A DNA stretch of 64,000 nucleotides from Phaeosaccion multiseriatum (lineage: Eukaryota > Protista > Ochrophyta, other classes): the NCBI GenBank assembly GCA_965112735.1, contig OZ218954.1, positions 868,001-932,000 of the forward strand, read 5' to 3'. The number at the start of each line of letters is the position of its first letter. Position 1 is the stretch's first letter. This document shows, piece by piece, positions 54,486 through 64,000 of the stretch. Below the pieces are notes generated by a model, which saw nothing but the letters and a program-made list of their open reading frames with translations, did not search any database and was not told the origin of the DNA. A program made the translations under genes and the position numbers.

Positions 54486-57082
54486 TGGGAGCGACCGCAG
54501 CCCCTCGACTGCTGCTACTCTAGGGTCGTGAGGGAGGGAGGGGCAGAAGGTCGACGCTTCGGGGAGCGAGAAGACGAGAAGATTTCTTTCAGCCCTCTCC
54601 CCGTATGGGACAAACACATGCCGTGCTTGCTTCAAGACGTCCGCCGTACGCGGCTGATGCCCCCCCCCCCTCCGGGCTTAATCACGTGTTTGCTTTTCTT
54701 GGTGTTTCCCTCTAGAGGCAACAAGCACGCGCCTCCTACGCTTTCTGTAACCGTCCCAAAGAGAGAGGAGACCCTCAGAGCTGTCGCGGCGGGGAGTGCA
54801 CGCGAATGAAGGGGCCGCGTGTGGGGAGGGGAGGGGATGACGACCAGCCAGTTAGAGGCATATGGTGAGGGGCTGTGAAGCGGAGGGAGACCTCTACGGA
54901 CGAGACCCAAGCAGTGTCCATCCCTTGACCCAAGCAATGTCCATCCCGTCCCCACGGGGTGGTGGAAGGGGAGGTGACTCCGGTCCGGAGGTCATATGAT
55001 CCCGACGACGAATCCCACGACTGTACTCACTGCAATGATGAGACCACTGACCAGCGAGCAGCCCAGCACCATATGACTCCACCCACCTCGCTGCGGGAGG
55101 ACGAGACGCAGACGCAGGGGCTTGGAGCCCTCCCCCCCCCCCTCCGAGCTGGTGTCAGGACCCCCCTCCGAGCTGGTGTCAGGACAGTGCGGGAGGAGCA
55201 ATGCAGCGGCAGCGCGGTGGAAGCACCACGTTGGAATAAGGGCTGGGTGCGATGAAGTGTGGTACCACTCACTCTTATCCCCCCCAAATATCACTCACTT
55301 TTTGGCTCGTGTACAGTACCGCCCCTATTTATTGAATCCAAGTTAGACGTATGGTGTGTGTGCAAGTGTGTATATGTGTGTGTGTGTGCAAGTGTGTGTA
55401 TGTGTGTGTGTTTGTCTGTGTGTATATGTGTGTGTATGTGTGTGTGTGCGTTTCTGTGTGTCTCTGTGTGTGTGTGGGCATGTGTGTGTGTCTGTGCGTG
55501 TGTCTTATGTGTGTGCTTGTCTGTGTGCTTGTTTGTGTGTGTGTATGTATGTGTGTGTGTGAGTATGTGTGAGGGGGGGGGGTGAGGGGGGTGAGGGGGG
55601 GAAGTGTAGCTAAGGACGAGAGGGGCCGGGGAGGGAGTGTCAGGACAGTGACAGTGAGGGAGTGAGTGTCAGGACAAGAGAGGCATGTGGCCCTTCGTGG
55701 TGGAAGAGTCGGTACGCCCGGTGCGGCAAACGACGTGCTGGGGTATACGGCGTGTACAAGTCTAGGATGGTTTTTCTGCGCGTTTTCTTGAGGCGCACTA
55801 CATACATTGCTACTGTACCTCGGGGCCGTTGTGGTGTTGGCGTAGTTGGGTTCTTGGTAGGGTGGTAGGAGAGAAATAATATAGGCGGGTGGGGAGAGAG
55901 ATATTTTGTAGCGAGCGGAAGAGATTGAGAGAGAGTGGAGCCCAGATGGGCCAGACAAATTGCATAACTGCGGTGGCTTACTCCCAGATCCGAGAAGAAA
56001 AAGGCGTCGCGGATTTTTGTTAGAAGCAAGCCGTCAGCGTGACTTTCACTTTGGAGCCGCACAAGACGAGCATATCAGCCCGAAGTAAGCCCAACCCCGC
56101 TTTGCGTGATATTATACGCCGACTGCTGACAAAATCACGCGCTGAGCATGAACGATACATTTTTTTTTTCGTTGTCTTTTTTTTTTTCCAATTGTTTTTT
56201 CCGGCCGATTTTTTTTTTACCCCCCGTGGTCTTTTTTTTGTTTCATTTTTTTGGTCGATTTTTGTTCTTTTATTTTTTTTCGGTCTCCCCTCCCCTTGAA
56301 CAGTCCTACTTGTTCTGCTAGAGCGGCAGCTACCAGACAAGGGAGCCCCGTACCATTTACTTTCACTTCAAGTTTTTTTTGCGCCCCACTCCCATTGCAG
56401 GTGCGTGTGTGTGTACATCATGTGCACGTGTGTACGTACGCGAATGAACACACCCTGCTTCGTCGCGTCTCCCCCTCCCCCCCCGCCCCGACCCCCTCTC
56501 TTTGTATGTACACCACCGAATACATGTGCTTGACATGCATATTGACACGATTACTCAACAAACCCGCCTGATTTACACGTGCTGTCTAACTGATTTCTTA
56601 CAACAACAACAAGTCCGCCCGCTCCCACTTCTCCTTCCTATGCACACCACTTAATGTACTACTCACATGTTATTTCTCATCCTCCTACCACGCTTGATTG
56701 GCCACCACACCCGGCCACACCCGACGGCGCAGTCTGGGACTCCCTCCCTCCCTCCCTCCCTCCCTCCCTCCCTCCCTCCCCCCAGTAATAACAAATACCC
56801 CCCACTTAGAACGAAAGCCTCCTCCTCCAACAGTGCGGCAAGTGCCACATAGGCGCCAACGTCCATCCTCGCATCGCACTTTCACTCCTCCTCTCTCTGT
56901 TAACTGCCATCCCCCCCCCCTCCACCTCACGAGAGCTCCTCCCCCCATCAAGTGCCATCCACCCTCCACCGCTGCTCGACCACAGCTCCTCTCTCCATCC
57001 ACCGCTGCTCAACCTCTCGAACGCGGGTCACCACGGCAGCCCACGACAGCACCCGCACCCACAGCGCGTGTGAAGGCAGCCC

Positions 57083-60000
57083 TCAGGCCGACTCCGCCAG
57101 CATGGTGGCTGGGTTCTGCAGGTATGCCTTGACGCAGTTGCTGAAGCTCGCAATGGTGCTGCCGTCAATGATGCGATGGTCACCACTCCATGACACAGAA
57201 AGGACCTTAGTGGGGATGACGGGGCTGCTCGCGTCAGCACTGACCTCATCTGCGTAGCGAGGCACCGTCCGGATGCGGCCAAACGCTCCGATGGCAACCT
57301 GGTGAATGTGTTGCCAAGCAAGGCGGGTGGGTGGGCAAGGTGGGTCGGCAGTAGAGTTCAGTAGATGGGCAAAAGACTTCGGGGACCAGCGGCACAATCC
57401 CCTCCTTCCAAGATACCATCCAGGGGTGTGCTTTGGGCCTCCTCACGCAGAGAGGGGTGCCAACTCACATACTCACTTACTCACTTACTCACTTACTCAC
57501 TTACTCACTTACCCAATCACCGGCACACGCAATCACTTACATACGCTCTCTCTCTATCATGACAATCACTCGCTCATGTCCTGACACTGCCTCGTCTACA
57601 GCCCTGACACTCGCTCACTCACTGCCCTGACACTCCCTCCCTCACTCCCTCCCTCCCTCCCTCACTCCCGCGTCTCTCCGTCACTCCGTCTCCCTCCCTC
57701 TCCCTCCCTCTCCCTCCCTCTCTCTCCCTCTCTCTTTGGTTCTCGCACTCCCCCCCTCACTGTCCTGATACTTGCTCCCTCTCCCCCACTCTCTCTTCTG
57801 TCTTTCTCCCCCTGTCCCTCCCGTCCCTCACTGTCTCTCTCTCGCCCCTCTCGCTGTCCTGACACTCCCTCCCTCCCTCCCTCCCTCCCTCCCTCCCTCA
57901 TTACTATCTCTCTCTCACTCACTCACCCCCCCCCCCCTTCTCCATCTCTCCTTCCCTCCCTCTCACTCCACATACCTGTGGGGCCATGATGATGGGACTT
58001 GCATATGTGCCGCCGATGCTGCCAATGTTTGACAGAGTAAAGGTGGAGCCCCGCAGATCCTCTTCAGAGAGCTTGCCCTCGGCGCCCCTTCGCTGCAGCG
58101 CAGTGAGCTCTTGTGCAATGTCGAGGATCGACTTTTGCTGCACAAACTTGAGGGATGGCACCAGAAGGCCCTTGGGGGTGTGCATGGCGATGCCCATGTG
58201 GTGATGCGGGTGGCATGTAATCTTTTGGGAGGGGAGAGGAGGGAGGGAGGGAGGGAGGGAGGGAGGGGGAGGGAGGGGGGGGGGGATGAACGGCGGGAGG
58301 AGAGCCAACCAACCAACCAACCAACCAAGCAAGCACGTAGGTGTCGAGCACGTCGTCACACGTAAGGAAGGGGGCTATGGGTCGAGTTCAGTTCAGCTTT
58401 GGAAACATCGTATGATAGAGACATAGAGCATGCCATGCCAGAGTCAGAGGTGCTGCTCGTTCTTGGCAATGGCCCCCTCTCCCTCTCTCTTCTCCTCGTT
58501 GTCCTTCCCCTCGCCCGCGCCGTTTGCACGCCGTATGTACACCCCTTGATTGACTGCCATTCGCCTGTCTACAACCATTGACTGCCATCCGTAGGTCCAC
58601 ACCCATGGCCATCCATCCGTCTGTCTACACGCATTGATTGCCATACCGTCTGTCCACACCCATTGACTGCCATCTGTCTGTCCACACCCATTGACTGCTA
58701 TCCATCTGTCCACACCCATTGACTGCCATCCGTCTGTCTTCACCCATTGATTCTGTCTACATCCATTGACTGCCATCCACACCATCCGTCTACATACCGT
58801 GGTTTCGCAGTCTGAGAGGGAGCTGTTGAGGATTGGAAAGTGCTTCAGAGCCATGCTTGTGGCCTGGCATGCGTGGAGAGAGAGAGGGAGGGAGGAAGAC
58901 GGGACGAAGAGAGGGAGAGCGACAGCGAGCGAGAAGCAAGAGTTAAGGGGACGAGAAGCAAGAGCGAGAGAGAGTCCTTAGGGGGGGGGGGGGGGGGCAG
59001 GAGGCCCAACCTCGCTCACCTTGATTATGATGGGAAGGAAAGATACCTTGACCTCCGCCTGCTCCTCTCCTTCTTCGGCTCTGCGCAAGGAGGCCAGCGC
59101 AGCTGCCTTGATCTCGCTTCGAAGGGCCGACAGCTTGCCCACCTCCACCTCGTCACAAAACACTTAATGGGGAAGGCAGGGGAGGGCAGGGCAGGGGAGG
59201 GGAGGGGGTTGTGGTTGGTTGGGGAGAAGAGGTCCTTGATGGAGAGAGAGTCTGAATGCCTCCTCTCACAAACGGCGAAGGAGCAAGCAGAACGAGGGGA
59301 GCGGGTTGGAGGTGGGGTGCCCTGCCCGTTACGGATGGACAGGACAAGAAGGGGGTGGGGTGAGCAGCTGCGATTCACTCACCCATGTGTGGGATTTGGA
59401 GAGACTTCTTCATCGCCTCCAGCATCGCTCGCTGGACCCCCTTGATCTAATTAGGAGTCAGTAAGTCAGTAAGAGTAGGAGTCAGTAAGTCAGTAAGAGT
59501 CATGAGTCAAGGGTCCTATACACAGCAAAGGAGACATGGACCGAAGCCCCCGCTAAATACACACACACTGACTCGTTTGTACTCACACAGTCGCACACAC
59601 ATACACATAGACACCCCCACAAACACACGCACAAGCTGAATCTTTTGTACACGCACAGGCATTTACACACAGCTCACAGCACGCGCAGCACGCTCAACAC
59701 ATACCCACACTGACACGCTTGTACACACATACCCACACTGACCCGCCTGTACACACACACATACACACACACATTCCCTCTGCCTCTCTCGCTCAACCTC
59801 CCACCCCCCCCTCTCCCTCCCTTTCTCACCCCTCACCCCGCCGTACCTCCACTACTTGTCCCAACTGCTGCTGCTGCCCCTGCTGCCCCCGTTCTCCTTC
59901 TCCTGCTGCTGCTGCCCCTGCCGCTGTATCACCAACCGACGAGGAAGGAACCGCCACGAAGTTGGTAACGTCGGCTTTCGTGATCCTCCCCCTTGGGCCC

Positions 60001-62720
60001 GTACCCACAACCTGAGCGATGTCAATGCCATGAGTCTTGGCGATGTGCCTTACGGCAGGGGTGGCGAGGGCCTTCTTCCGCTCTCCTCCTCTCTTTGATG
60101 CAACCGTATCACCAACTGCTACTGCTGCTGCCGTATCACCAATTGCTGAAGGGCGTCGTTGCTGGGGGCCTTTCTCCGCCCTACGCACCCATACCCCAAC
60201 GCCGAAGGACAAAGCCGGAGTGAGTGGGAGAGGGGGGGGAGGGAGGGAGGGAGGGAGGGAGGGAGAGAGGGAGGGAGGGAGGGAGGGAGAAAGTAGGAGG
60301 TGAGTGCGTGCGTATGTGCGTGCGTGCGTGTGTGCGTGTTTGCGTGTGTGCGTGGTGCGCTGCTTCCCAGTTGATTGGATGAACTTAGTGCGACTCACAT
60401 AGGGGCGGAGGGGGGAATGTCCAGCCTCGGAGCTCCCTTGTCGTGCTCCCAAGCGCTGTGCATGACACTCGCACTGCCGTTCCTTGCATGCTGCTGCTGT
60501 ATCACCAACGGCTGCTGCTGCTGCTGCTGCTGCCTCGCCCCCAAGGGGTTGCCATTGCCCGCTGTGAGGGTCATGTCGTCCGCACAGATGTCGATCAGAG
60601 TACAACCCGTCTACGTGCGGCATGGGTGTGAAGGCGTCCACACGCGATGAGAGGAGAGGAGAGAAGAAGGAGAGCACAGGAGAGGGGAGGGGAGGGGAAT
60701 GTTACTTAGCGTTTGCCACACAAGCACAAGCACGAGTATTCTCTTGGGAGAGGGAAACTCTCTGAAACTCACCTCCACTGTGTCTCCAACGGAATGGTAC
60801 ACCTTCGCCACAATCCCGTCGTATCGGCTGCTCAGAAAGTGCGTGGGTCAGTTACAGATATAAGAGTGGGATGAGAGGACGAAAGTAGAGGAGAGGGAGG
60901 AGAGCAGAGGAGAGGGGAGGGGAGGAGAGGAGAGGAGAGGAGAGGAGCGGAGAGGAGAGGAGAGGAGGGGAGAGAGGAGGAGAGGGGAGGAGAGGGGAGG
61001 AGAGGGGAGGAGAGGATAGGGCAGGAGAGGAGAGGAGGGGGGGAGAAGGGAGGGGGAGAGGAGCGGAGAGGAGAGAGGAGGAGGGGATAGGAGAGGAGAG
61101 GAGAGGAGAGCAGAGCAGAGGAGGGGAGGGGAGGGGAGAGAAGAGCAAAGCAGACGAGAGGAGAGGAGAGGAGAGCAGAACAGAGGATAGAAGGGGAGAG
61201 GACAGGAGAGAACAGAAGAGAAGAGAAGAGAGGAGAGGAGAGGAGAGGAAAGGGGAGGAGGGGAGAGGGGAGACGGAGGAGAGGAAAGGAGAGGAGAGGA
61301 GAGGAGGAGAGGAGGAGAGGAGAGGAGAGGAGAGGAGAGCAGAGCAGAGGACACAAGGGGAGAGAAGAGCAAAGCAGAGGAGAGGAGAGGAGAGGAGAGG
61401 AGAGGGGAGAAGAGAAGAGGAGAGGAGAGGAGAGGAGAGGGGAGAAGATGGACGGAGCTGAGCTGAATGGTGAAAGGAGACTAAAATTGATTGTAGGGAG
61501 GAGAGGCGGGCTTCAAACCTGAGGTGCATGCCCAACACACGTCACGCACACACACACGTACACAGAGAGAGAGAGAGAGACAGAACGTTGAGGAGAGAGA
61601 GATGGAGAGGCAGGGAGAGAGAGAGCAAGAGAGGGAGAGACAGGGAGTGATCGAACAAGGAGGGGAGAGAGTGGGCAACAGAGGCCAGGAGAGAGAGAGG
61701 GGGGGGGGGACGGATTGCAAGAGAGCCCAAGAGAGAAACGGAGAGAGAGGGCAAGAGAGGGAGAACGAAACGAAGTCGGAGCCAGGGAGAGAGAGAGCCC
61801 ACCAACCTACCTGCTGATCTCAACGGTCGCTTTGTCGCTCTGCACCTCGCACACCTTATCAAATTGCCTCACGGGGTCTCCCTCCCGTACGAACCATTGC
61901 AGCAACTCCACCTCCTTAATGCCCTCGCCAATGTCTGATTGCGTTTGGGCATTATTGGGCATCACAGGAAGGGGGAGGGAAGGGGAAGAGGTAAGCAATC
62001 AACCAACAGAGGAAGTTGTAGTATCACTTCAGCACCCCCCGAAAAAGATAATCCACTGCCGCCAACGGTTCGAAAGGAGTGAACAACAAAGATTTTGATT
62101 CAGCCAGATAAGGGGCGGGTTGGTGTACATCGAAAAAGCGGTAGCCCACGCAGAGTTCATGCGGAGGCAAAGGCACCTCCCCTCCCCTCCCCCCATTACA
62201 ATATGTACCCACCTGCGAGCTTGAAGGGGATGGTGCTACCTGCCTGCCCATAGGCCTGCCCATATGCCTGCCCAGCCCCGGCCCCAGCCACACCCTCGCT
62301 AGGCACTTGCCCTTGCCGGTCCGCGTCGAAGGTGCCCCCTCTGCCCCCCTCCTCCTGCTCACTGTCGCTGCTCGAATCACCGTCGCTGTCTTCGTACACC
62401 AGTGCCGCGAGAGAGGACTTGTTGCGATAGCCTCCCCGCCGAAAGGCTCCCCCAGCGACTCCTGGCAGCGGACCCCGACGACGGTCCCCCCACTCGAGTC
62501 CGAGGGCTCCTCTTCTCGGGCCCTCGGCACCGCTGCTAGGGCTACTGCTAACGCCGTAGCAGAAGTGCAGTGTCCCGCGGATTCCACAGCTGGTCCTGCT
62601 GCTGCTGATGCGCTGCCTATGGTTACCGTTCCCGCTCCGTGGTTGTAGGTCCGATAGAGCTCTTCTCGCGCTGGAGCCCAAGAGGAGCCGCCCACCGCGG
62701 CGGCCCACCGCCCTGATCAT
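57083..62720 (-). CDS. DBT: Dihydrolipoamide branched-chain acyltransferase (E2 of branched-chain 2-oxoacid dehydrogenase), mitochondrial
   Basis: Arg-rich presequence. Lipoyl domain '[50 protein letters not shown]'; subunit-binding domain '[35 protein letters not shown]'; catalytic domain '[12 protein letters not shown]...VAIGAFGRI...[10 protein letters not shown]'. Confidence 0.93.
58540..58795. repeat. Degenerate ~28-bp minisatellite at the 5' end of a DBT intron
   Basis: Roughly 9 imperfect copies of CCCATTGACTGCCATCCGTCTGTCCACA. Confidence 0.85.
60870..61445. repeat. Degenerate (GAGAG)n polypurine tract in a DBT intron
   Basis: About 570 bp, almost all purine on the + strand. Confidence 0.9.
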
Positions 62721-63508
62721 GACCCCAATCCCTGCTTCTCTCCCCCTCTTCCCTTGGTGCTGCCACTGCTGCGCGCCCTCGTGCCCCCCCCTTTTTGCAA
62801 GCCGGAGTCAAGCACAAGGCTGAAGACTGTCAAGCACAAGCCGTTTCCTGCGCAGCTGGACGCGGTGAAGGCGCTTTAGAGAAGCAGTACTCACAGAAGA
62901 AGCATAAGCTTGCAATGGTTCTCTTGTCGCCGGCGCTGTTAGGACTGTGAGGTCCGCTTGACTTCAATTCAAAGAAAGGAGTCGAGGAGGTTTCGACAGA
63001 GAGAGCCCCATTCCGGGTGGTTCTTCGTTGCTTATCTGCAAGGAGGGGATGTGTGCGGACAGTAGAGAGGAGAGAGAGAGAGAGAGGGAGGGAGAGAGAC
63101 TGAGAGTAAACTGCGCTTATCCAGCTTTTGTCATTCGTCCCTTCAAGGTTGATGTCTCGCCAGGGAGGGAACGCCGCCATGCAGACGCCCACAGAAGAGA
63201 ACTCTGACAAATACACACACTCCCCTCTTCACTACTCACCCTGGCAGAAGCTACCCCCTTCTCTTGTCCTCCTTTGCTCCTCTCTCTAAGCGTGTCGCAG
63301 AGGTCGCGTCGCCGTTGCAGTTTCAGTTTCAATGCCCCCCGATTGTAGAAGGAATGATCGGAATTAAAAATGAGAAGGAAAGAATGAATACATACATGTA
63401 ATGGATGTTGCTGCGTGAGCGCCGAGTCGGAGTGCTTCAGCGCTGAGGAGGCGGAGAGGGTGGAAGAGCTTTTGCTCTGCGCAGCAGGTCCCCAGAAAGA
63501 GGAGGAAG

Positions 63509-64000
63509 ATGAGTTCCGCCGTGACTTCCTTCGATGCCCTCCCCTCCCGCGTGCAGCTCATCCTGCTCCTCAGCGCGGTGTTCGCCCTGTTCATCCTGCA
63601 CAACAGCCTGCAGGAGACTATCATGATGGCGCCGGGGTTCACCTTCGGGTGGGCGATGGGGCTGCTGGAGGTGTTGGGTATGGTGGTGGGTACGTCGGCA
63701 GAGCGCTATGCGTGCAACGAGTGGGGAAAGAGGACGGGGTCCCTGTTTCCGTACATCTGTGTGGCTGCCTGTCTCTTTATCAGCAGCTCGCTCAGCAATG
63801 TGGCGCTCAACTACATCAACTTCCCCACCAAAGGTAGGTGATTGTGCGCTCCGAGTTCGCTTGTTGCCATTAGGCAGCAGGTCCTACGGCACTGCCTAAC
63901 CTCTTCCCTCTTGCCCCATGTCTTCTTCTCTCCTTCTCCTTCACCCCCCCTCCCTCGCCCCAATGGGGATTCCCTCTTCACGTGTGTGTTCCCACCCCCC
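63509..64000 (+). CDS. SLC35B/UAA-family nucleotide-sugar or PAPS transporter, 5' part (runs off the window)
   Basis: Hydrophobic first exon 'VFALFILHNSLQETIMMAPGFTFGW...SSSLSNVALNYINFPTK' followed by a GT donor at ~63834. It matches the SLC35B 'SNxSLxYxNYPT' motif. Confidence 0.75.

Overview
Intron-rich eukaryotic nuclear DNA, GC-rich and extremely dense in microsatellites. The gene content is compatible with a stramenopile (ochrophyte-like) alga; that is inference, not a firm identification. I spliced exons by hand (GT-AG plus one likely GC-AG intron) and recovered 12 genes: a spastin/katanin-type AAA ATPase, a 2OG-Fe(II) oxygenase, a membrane-anchored protein with a bulb-type lectin fold, a coiled-coil protein, a CIPK/SnRK-like kinase, an ankyrin-TIR protein, a fungal-type GT2 glycosyltransferase, a pseudokinase-coiled-coil-ARM protein, an intronless PPR-SMR protein, PIG-S, the branched-chain E2 subunit (DBT), and the start of an SLC35B-type transporter. 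Most ORFs in the supplied track are microsatellite artefacts. Two signals stand out. (1) The ankyrin gene carries a spliced TIR domain that keeps the catalytic Glu and sits beside a module I recall from bacterial TIR proteins, so it is a candidate innate-immune NADase. (2) An 11-bp word, GTATCACCAAC, occurs exactly 16 times by manual count (about 0.03 expected), on both strands, in introns, intergenic DNA and exons read in three different frames. Further dispersed motif families (GTGTCAGGAC, (TTTCAG)n, GCATATGGGCAG) behave similarly. I recognised no rRNA, tRNA, CRISPR array or intact transposon.
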